Positions 11,958-24,172 of a stretch of DNA of 64,000 nucleotides are shown here, piece by piece. This DNA is from Neovahlkampfia damariscottae (taxonomy: Eukaryota). Both the position numbers and the translations under genes were made by a program. Location: NCBI GenBank assembly GCA_016618085.1, contig JABLTG010000118.1, positions 1 through 64,000 of the forward strand, in the 5' to 3' direction. A model generated the notes under the pieces. That model did no database searches and was not told the origin of the DNA. It saw only the letters and a list, made by a program, of their open reading frames with translations. Position 1 is the first letter of the stretch; the number at the start of each line of letters is the position of its first letter.

Positions 11958-13149
11958 ATGACAGAAATTGATGTTAGTGGAGACGGAGGAATTCTAAAAA
12001 CAATTTTAAAAGAAGGATATTCTAATGAACAACCACAATCAGAAGATAAAGTTGAAGTACATTACACTGGTACTTTACTTGACGGAACAAAATTTGATTC
12101 ATCTCGTGATAGAAATGAAACTTTTAAGTTTGATATTGATAAAATGCAAGTAATTAGAGGATGGGTAAATATTATTTAATTTTTAATTTTTCAAAAAGGA
12201 ACTTGGTGTAGCAACAATGAAAGTCGGAGAAGTTTCAAAATTCGTTTTGTCACCAGATTATGCGTATGGACCAAAAGGGTCACCACCAACAATACCACCA
12301 AATGCTACTCTAGTTTTTGAAATTGAATTAATTAGTATTTCCGAAGTTACACCAAGAAAAATAATAATAAAAGAAGGAACAACAATTGAATCACCTTTAG
12401 GAGATTGTGATGTAATTTTATCTTATGAAATGTATCATGAAGATAAATTAATTGAAAAAAAAGAAAATTTTAAATTTATTTTTGGAGATGGACAAGTAAT
12501 AGAAGGAATTTCACTTGTACTTAGAAATATGAAAAAAGGAGAAATTTGTGAAGCAATATTAAAACCAAATTTTGGATTTGGAAAAGAAGGATCAAAAGAA
12601 TTAAATATACCATCAAATGCAACATTAAAAGTTAAATTAGAATTAGTTGATTTTGAAATTATGAAAATGACATATGAAATGACAAAAGATGAATTATTAG
12701 AATATTCAAAAAAACATAAATTATTAGGAAATAATTTTATTAAAGAAAAGAAATATAATTTATCATTGAAGAGATATAAATCAGTTTTAGATGCAATTGA
12801 AAAAGAAGAAGATTTTAATGATGAACAATTAAAAGAAAAGAAAACATTATTACGTGATTGTTATTTAAATATGTCAATGGCTTATTTATCATTAAAAGAT
12901 GTTAAAAATACAAAAAAATGTTGTGATAATGCATTAAAATTTGATTCAAAAAGTATAAAAGCATATTTTAGAAAAGGATCTGCATTCATTTTAGAAGAAG
13001 ATTTTGAAGAAGCAAAATTAATTTTTAAAAAAGGTTTAGAAATAGATTCAAATAATTTAGATTTAAAAAAACAAATTGAAAAAGTTAATCAATTAATAAA
13101 AAAACAAAATGAAAAAGATAAAGCAAGATATGCAAATTTATTTAAATAA
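11958..13149 (+). CDS. FKBP-type PPIase with two FKBP domains and TPR repeats (FKBP52/ROF1-like)
   Basis: [27 protein letters not shown] (intron 12165-12198), [16 protein letters not shown], TPRs, C-terminal YANLF. Confidence 0.9.
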
Positions 13150-13160
13150 ATTCAACTATT

Positions 13161-13886
13161 TCAAAAATTGAATTTAGTTTTCGTAGTTTTTTCAAAATTA
13201 AAATAAAAATCAAATGGTATTAATACATATAATCCTCTTGATGATACTTTAAATGATAATGTTAAATTTCCAAAATTATCAATTTCTTTTAACATTTCAT
13301 TGGTCAAATTATATGGTAAATTTGATTGGGAAAAATCTAAATTTAAATTTATCATTTTATGATCTGCATGGTATATTGTTTCATTCGTTTTTTTTTTGTA
13401 ATTTCCAATTGTACTTTTTTTGAATTGTACTTCATATTCAAATTCTTTCAAATTTACTGGAAATAAACCAGAATTATTGAACATTAAATTTGTCTTATTT
13501 TTAATTTTCTATTTTTCTTACATAACCTTCTAAATCAACTTGATTCATTGATACAGTGAATGAATTTATTTGTACCTCTGAAACATGGACTTTAGGTAGG
13601 CGTGGCCAGAAAATTAAGAGTCCTGTTGCTATTGCTGAAATGGAAAATATTAACATTAACATACAACAACAATAAAGACCTGTTATTCTATTTGGTGTTA
13701 AAAATTGTTGGAAAGTGTTTACAAAAAAGTAGTTGAGCATTTTGATTTTTTTTCATCTTCCAAAAAGGAAATATGCCTCAAACCCAGGTCACTGTCTGCA
13801 TCTTCAAAATCTCTGTCACCTAATAGTGAACCAGTCTCACGTCTGAAGCTTGGAGATTTTCTTTTGTTCCAATACTCTTTTGACAT
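13161..13886 (-). CDS. Single-pass membrane protein, LEA_2 (NDR1/HIN1-like) family
   Basis: Three exons from ATG 13886; Cys-rich TM followed by WPRLPKVHV and a beta-rich domain with N..FPV. Confidence 0.6.
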
Positions 13887-14205
13887 TCTGATTGGTAGTT
13901 GAATTTTAGCTGTTAAAAAATATTGAGAATCACATCAAATCAGCAAACAATTCACAGTTTTCAACTGTAGTTTGTTTTATATCATTGGTTGGAACTAATT
14001 CTAAAAATACATTTGAACTCTATTCGAACTTTTCGGCAATTTATCAATAAGAACAAATCTTTTAAGTGTGGAAACAAAAAGAAAAGGAAACAAAAAGTGT
14101 AAAACAATGCATAAAAAAATTTTGAAGGTGAAGGTTTCTCCTATTGGTTCCTTCACCAAACAAATACATACACATTTCCTTGTTTCAAGAAAAACAACAG
14201 AAGAA

Positions 14206-15715
14206 ATGAAAACAATTTTAAAACACAAAAACGTGAAACCACATAGAATACAAGTCTTTTCTCTGACAGAACAAAATAGAATACAAAATTTCTCAACCTC
14301 AAGTATCAGATTAAAAACTATTAAAGAAGACTTCAACAAATTTGAAAAAGAATATGAAAAAATTACAGATGAATCAACTATTTGTGTCATTGCTTCAAAA
14401 CCAACCAAAGAAGAACCAGCTTTAAATAGAATTAAAGAATTGACAAACGGACAAATTATAGATTTATTAGAAGCAAAAAAACTTGCTCATCATAGATTAG
14501 AGGTTTTATTAGGTGATAAAACAAGAGCTGTTAAAATTAGAAGAATGTTTTTTTCTTCAAAAATAACAACTGCCAATGAAAAAGAAACAAATTTAGATAC
14601 AATTCCATTTGAAAATTATGATTATGATAAAGTTCATGGTGTTTGTTGTGAATCTGTTATTGGATATGTACCAATACCTGTTGGAATTCTTGGACCATTG
14701 ACAATGAATCAAAAGGATTACTATGTACCAATGGCAACAACAGAAGGATGTTTAGTTGCTTCAGCTCAAAGAGGTTTGAATGCATTTGCTTTGAGTGGTG
14801 GTGTTTCATCACATATTTTAGCTGATGGAATGACAAGAGCTCCAGTAGTTGAAATGAAAAATGCAACTGAAGCAACAAAATTAAAATTATGGATTGATGA
14901 AAATTTTAATGAAATTGCAACTCAATTCAATTCAACTTCAAATTATGCAAAATTAAATGAAATAAAAACGACAGTTGCAGGAAGAAAATTATTTATTCGA
15001 TTTAAATGTTTCTCTGGAGATGCAATGGGAATGAATATGGTCACAAAAGTAAAGATAAACTATTATAAATTAACAATATTTAAAGGGTGTTACTCAAGCA
15101 ATGATTTTTATTAAAGAGAATTTTCCATCAATGGAAATTATTAGTATCAGCGGAAATTTTTGTACAGATAAAAAACCTTCAGCTGTAAATTGGATTGAAG
15201 GAAGAGGAAAATCAGTTGTTGCAGATTGTTTAATTCCAAAAGATGTTGTCAAAAGTATATTAAAAACAACAGTTGATAAATTAGTTCATTTGAATGTTGA
15301 TAAAAATTTAATTGGATCTGCAATGTCAGGATCTATTGGTGGATTTAATGCACATGCATCAAATATTGTTACAGCAATATTTATTGCTTGTGGACAAGAT
15401 GTTGCTCAAAATGTTGAAAGTTCAACTTGTATAACTTTAATGGAAAAAACAAAAGAAGGTGATTTATACATGAGTTGTACAATGCCATCATTAGAAGTTG
15501 GAACAGTTGGTGGAGGTACAAATCTTGGTGCTCAATCAAAATGTTTAGATATTATTGGAATTAAAGGTTCTAATCCATCTAATCCAGGTTTAAATTCACA
15601 AATATTAGCACAAATTGTTTGTTCAACTGTAATGGCATGTGAATTATCATTAATGTCTGCATTAACAACAGGTGATTTATTAAAAAGTCATATGAGATTA
15701 AATAGAGCAAAATGA
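14206..15715 (+). CDS. HMGCR: Class I HMG-CoA reductase, soluble (no sterol-sensing membrane domain)
   Basis: [49 protein letters not shown]; intron 15049-15085. Start is 14206 (downstream of ATTGG 14143) or 14107. Confidence 0.95.
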
Positions 15716-15746
15716 AATTAAATATTAATTTTCAAAAAGATGTTAT

Positions 15747-18694
15747 TTATTCATACATTTTAATCATTTTTAAATCTATTACTCCTTTTATTGCACTCAA
15801 TAAATATCCACCATTGAATCCTGTCAATACATTATTCCCTTGTAATAAAATTGCTTTGTTTTTACCCAATGAAACAAATAATGCAGGTTGAAAATTTGGA
15901 ACATATTTCAAAAGTGATAATCTTGATTCTAATCTTTTGATATTTGTAATTACATTATCAGCATGTGCATTTGCTAATTGAGCTAATTTTTCTTCTTTTG
16001 TTTCAATAATATCACCACAAGCAAATATTGTTGAATGATTTTCTAATTGTAAAAATTCATTAACATTTATAAAATTCTTTTCATTTAAATTATGTTTCAT
16101 TGTTGAATTTAATAAATATTCAGTATTTGGTGTGAATCCAGTACATAAAAATATCAAATCAAAATCCAAAATTAAATTATCTAAAATGTTAATGATTACA
16201 TTTATTACTATCAGTTTTTATTTCTCTTCCATTAATTGAAATTACATTTTCATTGAAATAATATTTATGTTTATTAAAATTTTTATCAAATTCAATCTAA
16301 TTTTGTTTTTAATTGATTTTTAAATTTACTTGTGCTTTTGGATATTTTTGTAAAGCATTTTCTGATCTTGAAATAATTGAATATTCTTTTTTTGGATATT
16401 TGGTTGATAATTCACCCAATATTTCTGTTGCAGTTGGTCCAGAACCAATAATACAAATAGATTTACTTTTTTCAATATTTTGATGATTTTTTTGAATATC
16501 ATCAAAACTCATTGAATTAATCAAATTTGAATCATCAACAATATTAAATTTTGATGTATCATACTTTGATCCAGTACATAATATCAAATAATCAAATCTT
16601 GTAATTTCAGTACCATCTTGTAATTTAACTTTTGTTTCTGTTAAATATTTCACTTTTCCAATTATAATTTTTGATTTTTGTGAAATTTTTGATAAATCAC
16701 AAATTGTTTTTGTTTCATGTGTTGGATCAATTGCATAAACAGGTAAACTTGGATAATTTAAAAAGAACTCACTTGATGAAATTAATGTTACATCAAAATT
16801 AGATTCTAATTTTGAAACTAATTGAATACCTGCAATACCAGCACCAACAATAACAATCTTTTTTAATTTACTAAATTTATAAAAACAATCATCAAAAATT
16901 CTTTTCGTTTTTGTGATTGGATCAATTAATTTTTCTTGTAACATTTTCTCACAAATATCTAATTGTTAAAGTGAAATATTTTATGATACCTCTTGCTTTT
17001 GATCTTGTAGTAATGAATTTAAAATTTTCTAATATCCAATTCATTGCATCCGATGCTTTAAAGATACCAGTATATTTTACTAATTTTATGGTTCTTGATT
17101 TTAACATTAATCCTTTTGTTGGATGTCTCATTTTAATCATTAAATCGGGAATAAATATAAAATTTTCAACTTTTTTTTTTTTTCAATTTTTCTTAATTTT
17201 ACCATTTTCTTTTATCCAATCAAAAAAGGTTTTTAAATTTTGATTTTCCAGATATTTTTTAACTACATCATTCGTCTCTTGTGTTTTATTTTTATAAATA
17301 TTCAAAAGAGTTGAAATTCTCTTTTCATTTTGAACATATTTTATTCTTGTGCAACCAGTTGCCTCAAATGTCATTTTTTCAATTTGTTTCAAAGAATATG
17401 TTTGTTCACCAGTTAATGTTATTATTTTACTACCTCTTTCTTTTTGTAAAAATATTTTTAAAATTGATTCTTGCAAATCATTTGAATCAATCCAACTCAA
17501 TTTTCCTTCTTCTCCTAAATTACCCAATGAACATTCAAGTTCATCAGATTTAAAAGAAATTGATTTTAAAAATAAATCAAAACATGGACTTGTTTTAATA
17601 ATTAAATAATCCATTCCACTTTTGATTAATGATTTTTCTATTGGTTGAAAATCCAATCCCAAATAGTCAACTACAATTACTTTTCTTGCAGAAGATGAAA
17701 TTAATTGTTCAATCAAATCATTAGGATAAGGTGGAAACAATAATAATTCATCAATATCCTTTAAAGGTGTATACCAATCTTCAGTGATTGTTTTCTGTAC
17801 AATTTCTAAATTTAGCCTTTTTTGAATCATGTTTTCGTTGGATGAGGTGACATATCTTACTTTTACACGATTTCCAAGTAATTCAGGGATTAAATAATCA
17901 TTGAAATTAAAAAAATGTTCTGATTCTTCACTTAAATTCAAGATACATAAAACCGTTTTTTTCTATTCAATTAGAAAAAAACGAAAATATTACTTGTCCA
18001 TCTGTTCGAAAATTTTGAATTAAATTGTCCCAATTTAAAGTCAGTATTGTACTTAAAGAGGTCTCTAGTGTCGCTACACAATATCCACCTTCTCCAATGT
18101 ATATTTCTTCACTTGAAATTTCTATAATTATCTGAAGTGTTGAATATAAATATTGTACTTGTGATTTGATGATAATATATGTAAATATTGGTAGTAAATC
18201 ATCAGCCCCTACAATTAAATCCTCTTCACTTTTAAAAGTATTATTGATGTATTAAATATTACCTGTATCCATGATCAATTGATTTATAATGGTCAGAAAC
18301 AGATTTTGAAATATCAGCAATGACAGAAGCAATAACATCTATCTTCTCTTCAATGGTATGCATAGTTGAAACTTTTTTAAATATCTCAACTGATGACTCA
18401 AATGGATGTTCACCCTTGAAAAAAAATAAAAATAAAAACAAAGGGTATTTTTACAATTCTGAACTGTTTTTTAACTTGAAGATGTCTGAGTGTTATATCT
18501 TTAAATTCTAATAGTTTTTCTGAAATTAAGTCATCTTTTTCTGACAACTCCTTTTTACTTCGATAAATAGTTGTGTAATTCTTTATAAATAATTTATCAA
18601 ATTTATTGGATTGTTTAGTATGTGAGTGATTTAAACACTTCTCCATTATTGATAACTGGTTTATTACGTCAGTTTCCATTGTTTGTTTAGACAT
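15747..18694 (-). CDS. Multidomain VPS9 + NmrA-like + DEP + AIFM2/FSP1-like FAD/NAD(P)H oxidoreductase
   Basis: Eight exons joined in one frame by introns 18415-18454, 18229-18262, 17963-17993, 17170-17202, 16959-16989, 16297-16329, 16181-16208. Motifs GADDLLP/GEGGYCVATL, WIDSND..LTG, KGL.LKSR...FKASDAMNWI, VGAGIAG, IGSGPTATE, IFACGD. Confidence 0.75.
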
Positions 18695-18791
18695 TTTTAA
18701 CAACCAATCATGAAGGTTTGTGGAAAATAAATTCTAAAACTTGTGATTGGACAATCTACTCCGTTAGAAATTATTCTCAAGAAAAACAAAG

Positions 18792-21700
18792 ATGAGTGAA
18801 AATAAATTTCGGTAAAGTCAAACTATCCATTTTACTTTATAGTTTTTCCATTGATAGGTAAATAACTTTGATAACATTAAAAATAAAAGAGGTGGAACTT
18901 TTACAGACTTTTATGCTGAATTACCAAATGGTGATCATTACGTGGATAAATTGCTTTCTGTAGATCCAAAAAATTATAATGATGCTCCAACAGAAGGTAT
19001 TAGAAGAATTATGGAAAAAGTAAAAAAAAAATTAAAATAACTTTTTAGTTTTCTGGAAAATCAATTCCAACTTCCAAAGACATAGATACTTCTCAAATTG
19101 AATGGATTAGAATGGGTACAACTGTAGCTACCAATGCTCTTTTAGAAAGACAAGGAGAACCTTTTGCATTAATCGTCACAAAAGGTTTCAGAGATTTACT
19201 GGAAATTGGAAACCAATCTCGACCACACATATTTGATTTAGCAATCAAAAGACCAGGTGTCTTATACAAAGAAGTATTTTATATTCTTCATATTTAACCA
19301 CAAAAAAAAGGTTGTTGAAATTGATGAAAGAGTTAGAGTTTTATCAAATGAAGAAGAAAAAGAAGAATCAAATTTTAAAAATATTCAAAAAGGACTCTCT
19401 GATAGTGTTGAAGTTTTGAAAGAAATTAATTATAAAGAAGTAGAAGAAAAACTCAAAGTAAAATAATTATGTTAATTTATTTTTTTCAAAGAAAATAAAA
19501 GATGAAGGGATTAATAGTATCGCGGTTGTATTACTTCATGCATATACATTTACAAAACATGAAGTTGAAATTGGAAAGATTGCAAAAGAATTAGGTTTTG
19601 GTCATGTTTCAATGTCACATGAAGTTATTCCAATGATTAAAGCTGTTAATCGTGGTCTTACAACTTGTGTTGATGCTTATTTAACTCCTATCATTAAACA
19701 ATATTTACAAACATTCACAAATGGATTTAAAGATGATTTAAAAGGTGTAAATGTAACATTTATGCAATCTGATGGTGGATTAGCTCCTTCAAATCAATTT
19801 ACAGGTAAAATTTAAATTATAAATTCATTCACCATTAAGGATACAAAGCAATTCTTTCAGGTCCTGCTGGAGGTGTTGTTGGTTACTCTGAAACAGCTTA
19901 TAACAAAAAAGAACAAGTGGCTGTAATTGGATTTGGTAAAAAGTACTTGTATTATTAAATTGAATTAGATATGGGAGGAACATCTACTGATGTTAGTAGA
20001 TTTGATGGGAAATATGAACATATTTATGAAAACTTTATTGCTGGAGCAACAATACAAGCACCTCAACTTGACATTAGAACAGTTGCAGCTGGTGGAGGAT
20101 CTAGATTATTTTTTGTCAATGGAATGTTCAAAGTTGGACCAGAAAGTGCATCTTCACATCCAGGACCATTATCATATAGAAAAAATGGTTACTTGGCAAT
20201 TACTGATGCAAATTTATTCTTAGGAAGAGTATTACCAGATTATTTTCCAAAGATTTTTGGTGAAAAAGAAGATCAACCTTTAGATGTTGAAGTAACAAAA
20301 GTGGCTTTCAAAAAATTAACAGAAGAAATAAATCAACATTTAAAAGAGCATGGACATAAAACAATGACTGAAGATGAAGTTGCATATGGATTTATTAGAG
20401 TTGCAAATGCTGCAATGGCTCGTCCTATCAGAGCAATTACGGTCTCCAAAGGATATGATACAGTAATTTATTCAATAATCATTTAAAATTTATAGAGAGA
20501 TCATATTTTGAGTATATTTGGAGGAGCAGGTCCACAACATGCGTGTGAAATTGCACAATCTTTGGGAATGAAAAAAATATTCATTTCAAGATTTGGTGGA
20601 ATTTTAAGTGCTTATGGATTAGGTTTAGCAGATGTTGTTCATGAAGAACAAAGACCATGTTCAAAAACATACAACAAAGAAAATTTAGATACATTTTTGA
20701 AACAATTAAAATCTTTAGAAGAATTATCAGTTGATAAACTTTCTTCAGGTGGTTTTCCTAAAGATAAAATTAAAACAACTTACTATTTAAATATGAGATA
20801 TTCAGGAACAGATTTTTCAATCATGACAGATGTTCCAGAAGAAGAAAAAGAAACAACAGATTATCAAAAACAATTTGAAAAAAATTATCAAAGACAATAT
20901 GGATTTACAATTAAAGGAAGAGAAATAATTGTTGATGATATAAGAGTTAGAAGTGTTGGTATTTCAAAAAATATAAAAAGAAAAATGTTAGAAATTACAA
21001 AAAAAGAAGTGAAACCTATTGATTATAGTGATACTTATTTTGAAGGTGGTAGAGTTAAAACTCCAATTTATGCATTATCTGATTTATCTCCAGGAGTTTC
21101 AATTAAAGGTCCTTGTATTATTTCTCAAAAAATATCAACTATCATTATTACACCTTCATCAATTGCTACAATAACAAATGAAGGTGATATTGAAATTAAT
21201 GTTGAATCTTCATTACATAATAAATTGACAATTGATCTTGATCCAGTTCAATTAACAATATTCAATCATAGATTTATGTCAATTGCAGAACAAATGGGAA
21301 ATTCATTACAAAGAACTGCAATTTCAACAAATATTAAAGAAAGATTGGATTTTTCATGTGCATTATTTGGTCCTTCTGGTGGTCTTGTGGCAAATGCTCC
21401 ACATCTTCCTGTTCATCTTGGAAGTATGTCAGAAGCAGTTAGATGGCAATTAAAGAATGCAAAAGATTGGAAAGAAGGAGAAGTCATTTTAACAAATCAT
21501 CCTGCAGCTGGTGGTTCTCATTTACCTGATATTACTGTAATTACACCAGTTTATGAAAATGGAAAACCTGTATTTTTTGTTGCATCAAGAGGACATCATG
21601 CTGATATTGGTGGAATATCTCCAGGATCAATGCCTCCATTCTCAAGGTAATGAAAGTATTCATTGAATGACTAATATTCTTTTAGAAAATTAAGTGAAGA

Positions 21701-22862
21701 AGGAGCTGCAATAAAATCATTCAAATTGGTCAAAGATAACACATTTCAACTTGAAGGAATTTGTGAATTATTAAAAGAATCAAGATTAATTGAAGATAAT
21801 TTAGCTGATTTGAAAGCACAAGTTGCAGCAAATCAAAAAGGAATTTCTTTAGTCAAAGAATTGATCAGTGAATATTCATTGGAAGTTGTTCAAGCATATA
21901 TGGTTCATGTTCAAAATAATGCTGAATTTGCAGTTCAAAATATGTTAAAAGAAATGGTTGAAATAAGAGGAAAATCAATTTTAGAAGCAGAAGATTTTAT
22001 GGATGATGGTTCAAATATAAAATTGAAAGTTTCTATCAATACTGAAGAAAAAACAGCTGTATTTGATTTTTCTGGAACATCAGCTATGGTTTTAGGTAAT
22101 ATTAATGCACCTAGAGCAGTGTCTGTCAGTGCAGTTTTGTATTGTTTAAGATGTTTGATTAAGAAATCAATTCCATTAAATGATGTAAAACAAATGATCA
22201 TTAACATTTTAAAAGGGATGTTTGAAACCTATTAAAGTTATCATTCCAGAAAATTCAATTTTATGTCCATCTGAAGAAGCTGGTGTTGTTGGTGGAAATG
22301 TATTAACTTCTCAAAGAGTTACTGATGTAATTTTGAAAGCATTTAATGCAGCAAGTGCTAGTCAAGGATGTATGAATAATTTAACATTTGGAAATGAAAA
22401 ATTTGGATTTTATGAGACCATTGCTGGTGGTTCAGGTGCAGGACCGACATGGAATGGTGTAGATGGTGTTCATACACATATGACAAATACTAGAGTAAAT
22501 CAATTAATTTTTAATTCTCTTAGATTACTGATGTTGAAATTATGGAAAAGAGATATCCAGTGATGATTACTCAATTTTCATTGAGACATGGAAGTGGAGG
22601 TAAAGGTAAATTCAAAGGTGGTGATGGTGTAATTAGAGAATTCTACTTTTTAAAACCATTATTTGTTGGAATTTTATCAGAAAGAAGAGTATATTCTCCA
22701 TTTGGTCTTGAAGGAGGTGAAGATGGTGCAAAAGGTAAAAATATCCTAAAAACAAAAAATGGAAATATTTTTAATGTTGGAGGTAAAAATGCATTTAATG
22801 TTGAGGCGGGTGATACATTTTCAATTTATTCTCCTGGAGGTGGAGGATTTGGGAAAAAATAA
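18792..22862 (+). CDS. OPLAH: 5-oxoprolinase (ATP-hydrolysing)
   Basis: [60 protein letters not shown]; about 11 short introns. Confidence 0.95.
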
Positions 22863-22918
22863 AGATTATATTGAATCAAAACAATTCTTTTTTTTGAATA
22901 AAAATTCAACCAATAAAA

Positions 22919-23359
22919 ATGACTGAAAATTCATCAGATGAAGCACAGTTTGACCATCCACCTGCACAAAAAGATAAAAGAGGAAAAGAAATTTTGAGTT
23001 TAGAAGATTTGCAAAGATTGAGAAAACAAATGTTTGGAAATTATATTTTTTTGTTTGGTAATTTGACTTGTTCTTTGGAGCATAAATTTTTAAAAAGATG
23101 TTTTGAAGATAATAAAACATCAAATAAGGATGATTGTTTGAAATTTACAAAATCTTATGGAAATTGTTTGTATGATCGTTATCAAAAACCTGTAGAAAGA
23201 GCTGTTCAAACTTTATGTGAAAAAAAATATAAAAAATACAAGAATTGTGTTTGGATGAGTACATTTCGGTCAAATTCATGTGATGATAAATGGAATGATT
23301 TTTCAAGGTGCGTTTCTGATACTTTATGTATTGATAAAGCTCATGTGAGGAGAAAATAA
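22919..23359 (+). CDS. Quadruple Cx9C (CHCH) mitochondrial intermembrane-space protein, CHCHD5/Mic14-like
   Basis: Four exact Cx9C motifs: CSLEHKFLKRC, CLKFTKSYGNC, CEKKYKKYKNC, CDDKWNDFSRC. Confidence 0.7.
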   Translation: MTENSSDEAQFDHPPAQKDKRGKEILSLEDLQRLRKQMFGNYIFLFGNLTCSLEHKFLKRCFEDNKTSNKDDCLKFTKSYGNCLYDRYQKPVERAVQTLCEKKYKKYKNCVWMSTFRSNSCDDKWNDFSRCVSDTLCIDKAHVRRK

Positions 23360-23401
23360 AAAATTCATTGGTCAATTTTTTTGTCAACAAAAAAAGAGGT
23401 G

Positions 23402-24172
23402 ATGCTCACAAATCCGAACTTTTTTAAATCTATAAAATCTCATATATTTTCAATCTATGATCCAAAAATTAAATTTGAATTTGAACACGTTTCAATTGTG
23501 GATAAAACGATTGTTCAACGTTTATCTAAGGTTTTAAGAATATCACCAAAAGATGATTTAATTGTGTTTAACAATGAACAATATTGTTTTTTATCAACTG
23601 AAAAAATATATTCCAAAGAGATTTTATTTCAAAAAAAATCAAAAATATTTTCAATTGAAAAACCAAAACCTGAAATTAATTTTTATGTTTCTCTATTGAA
23701 AAAAGATTCAATGGAATCTATTTGTAATTCATGTTCAATGATTGGAATTAATAATATTATACCAATCATCACAAATAAAGTACAAAGAAAATTTGGAAAC
23801 GAAAAAGAAATGGAAAGATTAAAGAAAATATTGATATCTGGATGTGAACAATCAAAAAACTTTAATATTCCAATTTTAAAAGATCCATTGAATTTTGATA
23901 AATTTTTAAAATTGAATGAAATGAATGATACCAAGAATTTCAAAATATTTTTTGATATAAATGGAAATTTAAAAATTGGTGAAATGATTGAAACATTGAA
24001 ATCAAAGAATGATATTTCAACTATTGATGTATTTATTGGTCCTGAAGGTGATTTAACTGATTTAGAATATGAATCATTAAAGAATTTCAATAAAATGAAA
24101 TTAAGCGAAAATATATTAACAAGCACACATGCAACTATTTTAGGACTAGGTTTGATAAGAGGAATTTTTTAA
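23402..24172 (+). CDS. rsmE: RsmE-type SPOUT rRNA (m3U1498) methyltransferase
   Basis: KVLRI, GCEQS, IGPEGD, LSENILTSTHA; intronless. Confidence 0.85.
   Translation: MLTNPNFFKSIKSHIFSIYDPKIKFEFEHVSIVDKTIVQRLSKVLRISPKDDLIVFNNEQYCFLSTEKIYSKEILFQKKSKIFSIEKPKPEINFYVSLLKKDSMESICNSCSMIGINNIIPIITNKVQRKFGNEKEMERLKKILISGCEQSKNFNIPILKDPLNFDKFLKLNEMNDTKNFKIFFDINGNLKIGEMIETLKSKNDISTIDVFIGPEGDLTDLEYESLKNFNKMKLSENILTSTHATILGLGLIRGIF

Noticed and set aside
14206..18694. HMGR next to an FSP1-like gene as a CoQ/ferroptosis cluster
   Set aside because: A single convergent adjacency in a gene-dense genome; no evidence beyond chance without synteny data.
18792..22862. Fragmented ORFs as pseudogenes or an alternative genetic code
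   Set aside because: The breaks I checked coincide with short GT-AG introns that restore conserved motifs; TAA, TAG and TGA all act as true stops.
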